Source of the DNA: an uncultured Rhodoferax sp.
GTDB lineage: Bacteria > Pseudomonadota > Gammaproteobacteria > Burkholderiales > Burkholderiaceae_C
Direction of reading: 5' to 3'
Assembly: GCA_964504185.1 (NCBI GenBank)
Contig: CAZDDK010000002.1
Coordinates: 1 to 39,984 of the forward strand
DNA length: 39,984 nt
Shown here one piece after another: positions 18,973 through 28,084 of this stretch; within the stretch, counting starts at the first letter, position 1, and each line of letters starts with the position of its first letter. Made by a program: the position numbers and the translations under genes. Under the pieces are notes generated by a model that saw only the letters and a list, made by a program, of their open reading frames with translations, was not told the origin of the DNA and did not search any database.

Positions 18973-19009
18973 ACCGGCCACCCCGTCGCCCCCCCCCTGA
19001 AAGCGATCC

Positions 19010-19459
19010 ATGCGCCTGACCACGATGACCGACTATGCGATGCGCCTCCTGATGTACGTGGCGCAGCATCCCGCTCGCCTGTGCACCATTGCCGAAGTGG
19101 CATCGGTCTACGGCATCTCCGAGGCACATCTGATGAAAATCACCCACCAACTCGGACTTCAGGGCTGGCTGGAGACCGTGCGCGGAAAAGGCGGTGGCAT
19201 GCGCCTGGCCGCAGCACCCGCCGACATCAATCTGGGTGCCGTGGTGCGCAGCATCGAACCCGACTTCTATCTGGTGGACTGCCTCACCCGCGACACCACC
19301 TGCAGCCTGACGGGCCATTGCAAACTCACCGGCATCATGAGCGGCGCACTGCAAAGTCTGATGCACTACCTGGATGGCTACACCCTGGCCGATCTGCTAG
19401 TGCCCACACCACACACCACCACCGGACCGCACCGGCACATTGTGGTGGCCGCCGGATGA
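19010..19459 (+). CDS. nsrR: Rrf2 family NO-sensitive repressor
   Basis: MRLTTMTDYAMRLLMY, HLMKI, RGKGGG, three-Cys C-X6-C-X5-C pattern; adjacent to nnrS. Confidence 0.85.
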   Translation: MRLTTMTDYAMRLLMYVAQHPARLCTIAEVASVYGISEAHLMKITHQLGLQGWLETVRGKGGGMRLAAAPADINLGAVVRSIEPDFYLVDCLTRDTTCSLTGHCKLTGIMSGALQSLMHYLDGYTLADLLVPTPHTTTGPHRHIVVAAG

Positions 19460-19531
19460 CCCTTGAGCCGATCACCGTGATGGCGCGGTCGGCTTTCCAC
19501 CCATTCCATCAACCCCAAAGAAGGACTCTCC

Positions 19532-19789
19532 ATGACCCATGCTTGCAACCACACGACGCCCGAGGCGATCTATCCATTTGACGCACGCGGTGTTGCCAAG
19601 CGCTTTCGCCACGCGGCCATTTTTGGCGCACTGGACTCGCTCACCCCAGGCGAAACCATGCGCTTTGTCAACGACCACGACCCCATCCCGTTGCTCCACC
19701 AGTTGCAGGCACGCTATGGCGCGGCGATCTCCATCAACTACCTGCACCGCGAGCCTGGCCAGATCGTGATTGATTTCTCCAAGCAATGA
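19532..19789 (+). CDS. DUF2249 family protein
   Basis: FDARGVAKRFRHAAIFGALDSL.PGETMRFVNDHDPIPLL; AAGGA RBS. Confidence 0.85.
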   Translation: MTHACNHTTPEAIYPFDARGVAKRFRHAAIFGALDSLTPGETMRFVNDHDPIPLLHQLQARYGAAISINYLHREPGQIVIDFSKQ

Positions 19790-19813
19790 CCGTGCGCGGG
19801 ACCGCAGGAGCTG

Positions 19814-19829
19814 TGTGACGCAGGTCACA
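19814..19829. promoter_or_regulatory. Perfect CRP-type box
   Basis: TGTGA-CGCAGG-TCACA about 60 bp upstream of the DUF2892 gene. Confidence 0.7.
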
Positions 19830-19891
19830 GACCCGGTGCCCCGGTGCGGTGTCCAATGCGTGCATTCATTCACCCCACCAAGGAAGCACCC

Positions 19892-20089
19892 ATGACATCC
19901 AACGTTGGCGGCATTGACCGCATTGTCCGCATCGCAGCCGGCCTGGTCCTGATTGGTCTCACGCTCACCGGCACCATCGGCCTGTGGGGCTGGCTGGGCC
20001 TCGTGCCTTTGGCCACGGGTGCCATTGGCTGGTGCCCCCCTTATGCCATTTTTGGCTTCAACACCTGCGCCATGAAAAAGCAGCAATAG
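19892..20089 (+). CDS. DUF2892 (YgaP-like) small membrane protein
   Basis: NVGGIDRIVRIAAG...GLVPLATG..GWCPPY..FGFNTC; AAGGA RBS. Confidence 0.9.
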   Translation: MTSNVGGIDRIVRIAAGLVLIGLTLTGTIGLWGWLGLVPLATGAIGWCPPYAIFGFNTCAMKKQQ

Positions 20090-20096
20090 GGAAGAA

Positions 20097-20152
20097 TGCT
20101 ATATTTTTGATAGCTCAGTAGTGTTATTTCACGCGGGCTAGTGGCATTTTTC
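20097..20152 (+). repeat. Bipartite dispersed motif, copy 3
   Basis: GCTAT(20098)-ATTTTTG-ATAGC-N17-CGCGGGCTAG(20132-20141). Confidence 0.85.
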
Positions 20153-20258
20153 ATTATTATGTAAATGCGTGTTACTGGTGTCATCTCCCGGCCATCCCAG
20201 GCGTTAAAGGATGACAAGCCGCTACGTCTAGTGGCATGGGCCTAGCCCCCACAACACC

Positions 20259-20771
20259 ATGCACACACCAACATGCCAACCCGTCTCTTCCCCCAGGGCA
20301 CCGTTGACAGCCCTGTTGCACAGCAAATGGGCCTGCCTGGCCTTGGTGGCCGGTTGCCTGGCAACGGTCTCATCGGTCAGCCGGGCGGACCCTCTCCAAA
20401 CCGTCCTGGGTGCGGGGTTGGGCGCTGCGGCGGGCGCGGCCATTGGCCAGTCTGTCGGTGGCCACAACGGTGCCTTGGTCGGTGCGGGAGCGGGCGGCCT
20501 GATTGGTGCCAGCGTGGCGCGTGGCCATTCGGCACCGGCGCATGTGGCGTATCCGGGCTACCCGGTCTATCCCGTCCAGCAACCCTACACCTATGCGCGC
20601 CCACCCGTCGTCGTGTGGCAGCCACCGCCCCAACCCATTCAATACTGGCAGGCACCTCGCCACCGCCATCACCATGGCCACCATTACGGCCACCGGGATG
20701 ACCACCGCGAGTGGCACCATGCGCCACCCGCCCGCGACCATGGGCGCGGCAACCCGCGCCACTGGGACTAG
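20259..20771 (+). CDS. Glycine-zipper protein with Pro/Tyr- and His-rich tail
   Basis: LGAGLGAAAGAAIGQSVGG..GALVGAGAGGLIGA after a signal-like segment; start uncertain. Confidence 0.7.
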   Translation: MHTPTCQPVSSPRAPLTALLHSKWACLALVAGCLATVSSVSRADPLQTVLGAGLGAAAGAAIGQSVGGHNGALVGAGAGGLIGASVARGHSAPAHVAYPGYPVYPVQQPYTYARPPVVVWQPPPQPIQYWQAPRHRHHHGHHYGHRDDHREWHHAPPARDHGRGNPRHWD

Positions 20772-21679
20772 GAAGCCAGCGCCGCCTCGCCACCCAAGGC
20801 TTCAATCAGGTCGGGAATCAATTTGCGCAATTCGCCCGTGGCCAAGGCCACATCGGCATCAAATTGGTCATCCCGGCCATCTGCAGGGTTCGAAGGTGCC
20901 CCCTCAAACACGGTCTCAAGGAACGACAGCTTCTTGAGCTGCAGGGCTTCTGTGAGGACAAATGACACCCGGTCCGCCCAGGTCAGTGCCAAGCGGGTGG
21001 GCATCTTGCCCATGGCAATGTGCTGGGTGACTTCATCCGTGTCGAGCGCGTGGCGTGTGTAGCGCACCACCGCACGAGACTCGTCGGCGGCCTTGAGTTC
21101 GCACTCGCGGTCCACGCTGAAGCCCGGTGGTGCCTCCTTGGTGGACAGCCATTGCGCCATCGCCACCGACGCAGAAATCTGGGTATTGACCAATTGCACC
21201 ACCAGGCCGTCCACGGCCTTGACCAGGCAGGTCATGACCTCGTCGGCCTTGGCCTGGCTGGCGGCATCGGTCAGCAGCAAGCCTGCTGCTGGATCCACCC
21301 AGATCTGCACGCTGGATTGCTTGCTGAACGCCATGGGAAGGAGCGAGAGACGCACTTCGTCGCTGATTTCGCGCTTTTCCTTCTTGCCCGGTTTGCGCCC
21401 CGTGCTGGCTTCAATGTGGTCCACCTGCTCCTGCACCTTGCGTTGAATGACCGAACCAGGTACCACTTTCATTTCTATCGCCAGCTTGAGCAGCCACTGG
21501 CCGCCCACCACCTCCACCAGCGGGCCATGGGCATGGCCACGCGGCTCCACCCAACCCACCGATTTTTCCTGTGTGGCACCACACTCCACAAACTGCGCTT
21601 CCTGCAAGGCCGCTTCCAGCGGTTCTGCGGTGCTTGGCCAGCCCGACACCAGGCGGTAAATCATCAAATTTTTGAACAC
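20768..21679 (-). CDS. rdgC: Recombination-associated protein RdgC
   Basis: GTG start, FKNLMIYRL, SVGWVEP, LALTWADRVSFVLT, FDADVALATGEL...LIEALGGE. Confidence 0.93.
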   Translation of the reverse strand: MFKNLMIYRLVSGWPSTAEPLEAALQEAQFVECGATQEKSVGWVEPRGHAHGPLVEVVGGQWLLKLAIEMKVVPGSVIQRKVQEQVDHIEASTGRKPGKKEKREISDEVRLSLLPMAFSKQSSVQIWVDPAAGLLLTDAASQAKADEVMTCLVKAVDGLVVQLVNTQISASVAMAQWLSTKEAPPGFSVDRECELKAADESRAVVRYTRHALDTDEVTQHIAMGKMPTRLALTWADRVSFVLTEALQLKKLSFLETVFEGAPSNPADGRDDQFDADVALATGELRKLIPDLIEALGGEAALAS

Positions 21680-21865
21680 GTGCTTGCCTTTTTCAATTGT
21701 CGGGAATTGCCCGATGGCTGTATTGTCTGCGCTACCGGGGCGCGGTACATCGCCCAACTTTACAAAGTGTTATGCGCTCTGCATGCGCGCGACACACCGC
21801 ACTCGCATACTCCAGCCATGCCTGTTGGCGATGTCCGCCACAGGCACTTTTAAAAAGGAAGTTCC

Positions 21866-22378
21866 ATGAAATCCACTTCTTTCAAGTCTCTCGTGATGGT
21901 CGGCCTGTTGGCCGCCGCCGGTGCGACCATGGCCCAACCCGGATCTGCGCAAGGCGGTGGCATGCGCGAGCGCATGGACCCCGCAAAAATGGACGCCATG
22001 GTGGCCAAACGCCACGATGCACTCAAGACCCAGCTCAAGCTCACTGCGGAACAGGAGCCTGCCTGGACCACCTTCACCACCGCCATGAAGCCGGCCAACC
22101 GCGCCGAGATGAAGCGCCCGGACCGGGCCGAACTTGACAAACTGCCTACACCCGAGCGCATCGACAAAATGCGGGCCCTGCGCAACGAGCGCATGGCCGC
22201 CATGAACGCCGAGATGGATAAGCGCGAAGACGCCACCAAGGCGTTCTACGCCACGCTCAATGCCGATCAGAAAAAGACCTTTGACTCCGCCCATGCCCGC
22301 ATGGGACGCCACCACGGCGAACACCGCGGCGCGGGCAGAATGGGCGACATGCGCACCAAACCCCAGCAACCCCAGTAG
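21866..22378 (+). CDS. Spy/CpxP family periplasmic chaperone
   Basis: Signal peptide; LKLTAEQEPAW and FYATLNADQKKTFD LTxxQ-type motifs. Confidence 0.85.
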   Translation: MKSTSFKSLVMVGLLAAAGATMAQPGSAQGGGMRERMDPAKMDAMVAKRHDALKTQLKLTAEQEPAWTTFTTAMKPANRAEMKRPDRAELDKLPTPERIDKMRALRNERMAAMNAEMDKREDATKAFYATLNADQKKTFDSAHARMGRHHGEHRGAGRMGDMRTKPQQPQ

Positions 22379-22481
22379 AAGTACCCCTGCGCCGACAGCA
22401 ACCAAGAGTTCTGTCGGCGCAACCCTCGGCACCCAGCAAAATTGGTGCCTATTGCGAGTGTGGTTTTGATTTAATTTTGCA

Positions 22482-22503
22482 TCGTTTGATATTTATCAAA
22501 CGA
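22482..22503. promoter_or_regulatory. FNR/DNR-type box
   Basis: TCGT-TTGAT-ATTT-ATCAA-ACGA: perfect TTGAT-N4-ATCAA core with extended arms. Confidence 0.8.
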
Positions 22504-22550
22504 CTATAGTGGCTGCATCCCTACACTGCGCCGCTCGGCGCTCGCACGCC

Positions 22551-23369
22551 ATGTCCCTGCCCCACGCCCCCCTTCCCACTGTGCACACCATTTCGCTGCA
22601 GCGTCCACTGGTCTGGCTGGTTTATGCCTGGCGGGACATGGCGCGCGCCGGTTGGGTCAGTTTTGCCCACGGCCTGGTACTCAGCGCTGTGGGAGCCTGC
22701 ATTGTTGCAGTCGCACACCAGCGTTTTTGGTTGCTGGCCGGTGCTCTGTCAGGCTTCCTGGTCATCGCCCCGGTACTGGCTACCAGTCTGTACGCATTGA
22801 GCCGCACCCTGGAACGGGGGGAAAGGGCGGGTGTATCCGTTGTCCTCAAGACCTGGCTGAATTGGCAAGACAACCAATTTGGCAAATGGAGCAACGACTA
22901 CTGGTGCATGGTGCAGTTCGGTGCCCTCTTGGCGCTGGCGGCTACGGGCTGGGTGGTGACTTCGGCCGCCCTGATTACGCTCTTGGCACCCGCACCCATC
23001 CTGGGTCCGGTGGATTTTGTGCGGCATGTGGTGCTGGCACCGGACAGTTGGCTGTTTGAACTCTGGCTGGCCCTGGGCGGTGTATTGGCCGCGCCCCTGT
23101 TTGCCTCCAGCGTGGTGTCCATGCAATTGCTGCTGGACAAGCACGTCACGCTGATGCAGGCCGTGCTGACCAGCTGGCAAGTGGTCCTGACCAACCCGGT
23201 GCCCATGGGTTTCTGGGCGGCCCTGATCATGGGGTTCACTTTGCTGGGTTTGGGGTCCCTGCTTTTGGGCCTGATTGCCGTAATTCCCATGCTGGGCCAC
23301 GCCAGTTGGCATGCCTACCGTGACCTGGTGGACGCCAGCAACCTGCCAACACGCGACTCGGCACCCTGA
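22551..23369 (+). CDS. DUF2189 integral membrane protein
   Basis: PLVWL..AWRD, GF.VIAPVLATSLYALSR, PMLGHASWHAYRDLV. Confidence 0.85.
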   Translation: MSLPHAPLPTVHTISLQRPLVWLVYAWRDMARAGWVSFAHGLVLSAVGACIVAVAHQRFWLLAGALSGFLVIAPVLATSLYALSRTLERGERAGVSVVLKTWLNWQDNQFGKWSNDYWCMVQFGALLALAATGWVVTSAALITLLAPAPILGPVDFVRHVVLAPDSWLFELWLALGGVLAAPLFASSVVSMQLLLDKHVTLMQAVLTSWQVVLTNPVPMGFWAALIMGFTLLGLGSLLLGLIAVIPMLGHASWHAYRDLVDASNLPTRDSAP

Positions 23370-23396
23370 AGGCTGGACGGATACGGAAACGATTGC

Positions 23397-23606
23397 ATGT
23401 TTGGTTACACGGAAGAACAGATTGCCAGCTTTGGCCTCACCTTCGGAGTGGGCGCGTTCATGCTCTACATGCTGTTCATCATCGGCCACCTGGCGTGGGA
23501 GTCCAAGGCCGGCAAGTTCGGCACCTTTGTGATCTTTCTGGGCCTGGCCTTTGGCATGGTGGGTTTTGTGGCCAAGGGCGTTATTCAGTGGTACATGGAC
23601 AAATAG
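23397..23606 (+). CDS. DUF2788 small membrane protein
   Basis: YMLFIIGHLAWESKAGKFGTFVIFLGL..GMVGF. Confidence 0.85.
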   Translation: MFGYTEEQIASFGLTFGVGAFMLYMLFIIGHLAWESKAGKFGTFVIFLGLAFGMVGFVAKGVIQWYMDK

Positions 23607-23626
23607 CACCTCTGCCAAGCGGCTTT

Positions 23627-24685
23627 CTATTTCAATTTGAGAGCTGGACGTTCAACGACAAACCAAGAGAACAGCGCACAAATAAGGCATAGGGGAATAG
23701 TCTTGGCCAACAGCATCCAGCCCGTATCCTGAGGAAAACTGTCTGATAGCGACTGCTGAATGGGAAATGCATAAAGATAAATTCCGTAGGACAAATCGAT
23801 CGAACCTCTTTTTTCACTCCAACGATGCCCCATCCATTGCGCCAGGTTCACAACGAAGTAACCCAGTGCAGCGATGCCAAGAAAGTGCGTAAAGTTGTTC
23901 GATGGGATGAACCATGCAACGACCAACAGACAGCCTGAAAGAAGCATTGAAGGACTCAACCACTCTTTGAGCTGGAAAAAAATTGCACCAAAAATGAATG
24001 CTGCGTAATAGGTCGGGAGTGCTGCAGATTGCACAGTTGCACCAAATATATTGATGTTCTGCCCCCAAAAAACAACCCATAACAATGCTGCAACCAAACA
24101 GGCCATCGATCGACGCTTGGATTTCAATAAACCGGATATTCCTAGCATCAACACCCCAATGTAACAACTGACTTCAATTGGGATAGTCCACAGTGAGCCA
24201 TTGACCACTGATTTGAACGGATTGCCTTCAAATACACCGGGAAGCGGAGGGTAGTTTTGAAGAAGCATGTTTTTGATGAAGTAGTGCATTACTTCACTAC
24301 TTTGCCAATAGGCATCTTGCTTCAAATTGGTAAAAACTGATCCGACACAAATACAAAATATCAGGCACGTCACAAATGCTGGATAAATTCGCAGGAACCT
24401 CTTTCGAGCAAACACGATCCATGACGGTTCTTGGGTCCAACTTTTTGTCACCAAATACCCGCTGATAATAAAAAATATCGTCACTCCCAATGGCGCAATG
24501 CCCTCCAAAGCGGGAAAAGCTGCCAACACGTCTGTTGGCATTTTCCCGCTGAGGGCAAACGAATGCGCAATCAATACGAACAATGCTGCTGTATGGCGCA
24601 AATGGAGAAAATTGAGAGATTCGCTCGGCACTTCACTGCCTTTATCTCGCGGGGAAAAATGAGAGTGTGATAAATGTTGCATCAA
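23627..24685 (-). CDS. Acyltransferase-3 (OafA-like) membrane O-acyltransferase
   Basis: LR..AALFVLIAH, GVTIFFIISGYLV, KRFLRIYP, NGSLWTIPIE, DLSYGIYLY, SWFVVERP. Markedly AT-richer than its flanks. Confidence 0.92.
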   Translation of the reverse strand: MMQHLSHSHFSPRDKGSEVPSESLNFLHLRHTAALFVLIAHSFALSGKMPTDVLAAFPALEGIAPLGVTIFFIISGYLVTKSWTQEPSWIVFARKRFLRIYPAFVTCLIFCICVGSVFTNLKQDAYWQSSEVMHYFIKNMLLQNYPPLPGVFEGNPFKSVVNGSLWTIPIEVSCYIGVLMLGISGLLKSKRRSMACLVAALLWVVFWGQNINIFGATVQSAALPTYYAAFIFGAIFFQLKEWLSPSMLLSGCLLVVAWFIPSNNFTHFLGIAALGYFVVNLAQWMGHRWSEKRGSIDLSYGIYLYAFPIQQSLSDSFPQDTGWMLLAKTIPLCLICALFSWFVVERPALKLK

Positions 24686-24794
24686 GTGGTGAACGAGAGT
24701 TTCCAGCGCCGATTGAATCTCGTAGCGGTCCGATTTTTCCAGATGCCGGAACAGGGATTGGAAGGCAATCCCCTATTTGTTGGGTCGAATATTA

Positions 24795-24819
24795 TGGCGG
24801 GGCTTGCGGTGAGCCCCGC
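24795..24819 (-). terminator. GC-rich hairpin downstream of nnrU
   Basis: GGCGGGGCT-tgcggtg-AGCCCCGCC; weak U tract. Confidence 0.5.
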
Positions 24820-24831
24820 CCGTTGCCACTC

Positions 24832-25410
24832 TCAACCAAATGGGCGAATGCCAATCAGGAGGCCGTGCAACATGAACGCAAACGCCGCCCAGGCCACAAC
24901 GCCCACCACCACCGCAATCACCGTCCCAGCAACCGTACCGGCCGGATACTGCGTACCCTTCACTCGGTCGCGCTTGCGCGCGGCGATGAAGTCCAGCACG
25001 CCCCAGGCAAGAAAAGCACCAAACAGCAGGCCGTGCGCCACGCTGCCATTGGCCAAGAGGTGCGCCAGTGCCCAGGCTTTGACACCCAGCACCATGGGGT
25101 GGTGCAAGCGGGACTTGATTCCATTGCGGGGCACGTAGGCCGCCGCCAGCAGGATGAAGGACACCAGCGTCAACAAAGAAGCCGCATGGCGCATGCCCAC
25201 CGGGGGAGACCACAGCATGACCGGGTTTTCCCGCGCCACGCCAAAGCCATAGATGACAAGGGCAAAGCCCGCCAGGGAAAGCAGGGAGTAGACCCCTTTG
25301 TAGACGCCCTCGCCCTGGCGCGCCAGGATGCGGGTGCGCCAGTCCTCTGCAACGATGCGCAGCGAATGCACACCCAGAAAGAGAATGAGTCCGGCCAGCA
25401 GATAGCCCAT
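24832..25410 (-). CDS. nnrU: NnrU family membrane protein
   Basis: GLILFLGVHS, YKGVYSLLSLAG, HHPMVLGVKAWALAHLLANG. Confidence 0.9.
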   Translation of the reverse strand: MGYLLAGLILFLGVHSLRIVAEDWRTRILARQGEGVYKGVYSLLSLAGFALVIYGFGVARENPVMLWSPPVGMRHAASLLTLVSFILLAAAYVPRNGIKSRLHHPMVLGVKAWALAHLLANGSVAHGLLFGAFLAWGVLDFIAARKRDRVKGTQYPAGTVAGTVIAVVVGVVAWAAFAFMLHGLLIGIRPFG

Positions 25411-25461
25411 GGTCGTTGGTCCTTGATGGTATGAATGGTTGCGTGGAACGGCTTTGGGTGT

Positions 25462-27006
25462 TCAGGCACCCAGAACGCGGTTTTTTCCGGCCCGCTTGGC
25501 CAGGTACATGGCCTTGTCGGCGCGTTTGATGGCGTCCGCTCCGGTTTCGTCGGGTGCCAGTTGCGCCACGCCGGCACTGAAGGTAATCAACACCTTCTCG
25601 GTTCCCGCCAGAAAAAAACGCTTGGTCAGTTCGCGCTGCAAGCGGGTCATGGCTTCAATGCCCTTGTCCAGCGGCGTATCGGGCAGCAGAATCACAAACT
25701 CCTCGCCGCCATAGCGCGCCAATGTGTCCTGCGGGCGCATGCATTCACGGGCCACCGTGGCCAGATGGGTCAATGCCGCATCGCCCGAGGCGTGGCCCAG
25801 GGTGTCGTTGAGTTTCTTGAAATTGTCGATGTCCAGCAGTGACATGCACAACGGCGTTTCCTTGCGCCGCACACTGGAGATTTCGCGCTCGACGGCCTCT
25901 TCCAGTCCCTTGCGGTTCAGCGCGCCAGTCAGTGGATCGTGGCGGGCCTGGGTGCTGACGCGGTCCAGTTCCTGGTGCAGTTTGGCCAGCTCGGCATTGG
26001 TCTGGCTGACGTGCTCGCGCATGGACTGCAATTCCGCGCTGGAGGTGAGTGTCTGGGTGGCCATGTTGCGGGTGGCACTGACCACTTCCTTGAGCAGCGG
26101 CGCAATTTCCTCAAGGGTTTTGGCCTGTTCGATCTGGCGGGCGTTTTCCTCCAGTTTTTCGTGGAAGCTTCCACTGGACTTGGCCATTTCCGACAGGCGA
26201 TCGATAAACAGCGCCAGCATGTCGCGCATCTCGTTCTGGGCCGCCAGTGCGCGCTCCTTGGCGTCCTTTTGCTTGAAGATGACATCCTTCAGGCGCCGCT
26301 CCACATCGTCGAGGCGGCGCAGCGTCAGCGGGGGGGTGGCAGCCTGCATCAGCGCATCCATCTGCCCTTTGAGCCATTGTTCATCCAGGCTGAGTTCGGC
26401 GATGTTCTCAAACACCAGATGCAGCAGTTTGAGCAGGGTCTTCTTGATCTCGGCCTGGTCCTCGGCCACGAAGGAGACGCGGTCGGTGTAGCCCAACAGC
26501 AGGGTCTTGAGTGCCACGACGTCCGCTCCCGACTGGCGCAAGGACGCAATCAGGGTGTTGGTGAGTTCGGAAAAGCGCTCATCATCGCTGCCCAGCGCGG
26601 GCTGGATGTACTCAATCATCCGGCCCATTTGCCCCAGAAACTCGGTGGTCAAGGCCGGTGCGGTGGCGTTCAGCCCCCCTTTTGGCGGGGCCGCAGCCAC
26701 CGTGTCGTCCGATCCGGTCATGGGGGCAAAACTGCCATAGGCGACCAACGCGGTTTTGACGCCATCCCAATTCAACCGGTCAATCGCGTATTCCAGCAAC
26801 CCGCGCTGCTTTTGTTGCCCCGGTGTTTTGGTCGGCAAGGCCTTGGCAATGTCGCGCAGGGTATCCGCCGGAAACGCGGCCACTGCCGGGATGCCCGCTA
26901 TGTCGTTGTAAATGGCCTGGTAGTTGGCCGGGGTGGGAACCAGCTTTTGGGCCGTCAGCTGCTTGAGCGTTTCCCGCGCAATTTCAAAGGGTTTCTTTTC
27001 ACTCAT
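25462..27006 (-). CDS. Cytoplasmic diguanylate cyclase (coiled coil + GGDEF)
   Basis: DPLTGALNR, DIDNFKKLND..GH, RPQD I-site, RYGGEEF. Confidence 0.93.
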   Translation of the reverse strand: MSEKKPFEIARETLKQLTAQKLVPTPANYQAIYNDIAGIPAVAAFPADTLRDIAKALPTKTPGQQKQRGLLEYAIDRLNWDGVKTALVAYGSFAPMTGSDDTVAAAPPKGGLNATAPALTTEFLGQMGRMIEYIQPALGSDDERFSELTNTLIASLRQSGADVVALKTLLLGYTDRVSFVAEDQAEIKKTLLKLLHLVFENIAELSLDEQWLKGQMDALMQAATPPLTLRRLDDVERRLKDVIFKQKDAKERALAAQNEMRDMLALFIDRLSEMAKSSGSFHEKLEENARQIEQAKTLEEIAPLLKEVVSATRNMATQTLTSSAELQSMREHVSQTNAELAKLHQELDRVSTQARHDPLTGALNRKGLEEAVEREISSVRRKETPLCMSLLDIDNFKKLNDTLGHASGDAALTHLATVARECMRPQDTLARYGGEEFVILLPDTPLDKGIEAMTRLQRELTKRFFLAGTEKVLITFSAGVAQLAPDETGADAIKRADKAMYLAKRAGKNRVLGA

Positions 27007-27018
27007 TTATTAATGACT

Positions 27019-27074
27019 CGCTATAAAATATATAGCTGAATAATCAGCATTTACGCGGGCTAGCACCCATTTTT
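27019..27074 (+). repeat. Bipartite dispersed motif, copy 4
   Basis: GCTAT(27020)-AAAATAT-ATAGC-N17-CGCGGGCTAG(27054-27063). Confidence 0.85.
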
Positions 27075-27095
27075 ATCAATAAAACTCCGCTGTGC

Positions 27096-28043
27096 TCAAT
27101 GCCCGTCCAAGAACGCCTTGGCGATGGCGACGGTCGTCAAGGGATCTTCCTCGTGGGGCACATGGCCCAGCCCCGGCAATACCACCAGCTTGGACCCCGG
27201 GATATCGGCGGCAAAGCGCCGCGCCGTTTCTGGGGGAATCAGCCTGTCGTTTGCACCCCAGAGTATGAGCGTTGGCTGCTTCAATTGCCGGATTGTGTCT
27301 TCCTCACCGCTCAGGCGCTGGTCGAGGCGGTAGGCCAGCGCCTGGCGATTGCCCGCGCGCAGGGTCAACTCATAGTACCGGTCCACCAATTCTGCGGTCA
27401 CCCGGCCCGGATCGCCATAGACATTGCGCACACTGCTGTCCACCACACCGCGCGGCAGCACAAACTCCATCAGATTGCGCAACCCCGGTGTGCGCGCCAG
27501 ACGGAAACCCAGGGGCACGGAGGTAGATTGCAGGGGGTAGCCGGCCGCATCCACCAACACCAGCTGACGAACCCGCTGGGGGCTGGCCAGCGCCACGCCC
27601 CAGGCAATCTGCCCTCCCAGGGAATTGCCGGCCAGAACAAACTGCCCCACACCCAGCTGGTCCATTACCGCCGTGACAAAGCGCACATAGGCGGCGATGG
27701 AGTAGTCGTTGCCCGGGTGCGGACCGGTCAAGCCAAAGGCCGGCAAATCAAAACGAATCACCCGGCGCTGGCCCTTCAGGCTATCGGCCCAGCCATCCCA
27801 GGTGTGCAGGCTGGCCGAGGTACCGTGCAGCAACACGATAGGCAGAGGGTCGCCACGCGGGCCCTCGTCGCGCAAATGAACCTGCATGCCGTCGACCGCA
27901 ATGAACTGCGATGGCGGCAAGGCCCAGCGCGCCGACAACTGGGCCACCGTGCGATCAGGTGCCCAGGTGGCCAGAAACCCGGCAACACCAAATACCCCAC
28001 AGGCCAGCACCACGACCCCTAGCAGGCGAAGAATCAATTTCAT
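27096..28043 (-). CDS. Membrane-anchored alpha/beta hydrolase
   Basis: N-terminal TM, LLHG, DLPAFG, GNSLGG nucleophile elbow, WGANDRLIP, GHVPHEE. Confidence 0.92.
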   Translation of the reverse strand: MKLILRLLGVVVLACGVFGVAGFLATWAPDRTVAQLSARWALPPSQFIAVDGMQVHLRDEGPRGDPLPIVLLHGTSASLHTWDGWADSLKGQRRVIRFDLPAFGLTGPHPGNDYSIAAYVRFVTAVMDQLGVGQFVLAGNSLGGQIAWGVALASPQRVRQLVLVDAAGYPLQSTSVPLGFRLARTPGLRNLMEFVLPRGVVDSSVRNVYGDPGRVTAELVDRYYELTLRAGNRQALAYRLDQRLSGEEDTIRQLKQPTLILWGANDRLIPPETARRFAADIPGSKLVVLPGLGHVPHEEDPLTTVAIAKAFLDGH

Positions 28044-28084
28044 GGACCGGACTCTACACCTCCGCTCACACGGTTTGTCAAAGC

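Noticed and set aside
20655-20770. His-rich tail as a metal-binding system
   Set aside because: His/Arg/Gly-rich tails are common on such glycine-zipper proteins; no supporting context.
22388-22421. 11-bp stem hairpin after the Spy-like gene
   Set aside because: Single copy without a U tract; likely a terminator or stabiliser rather than a REP family.
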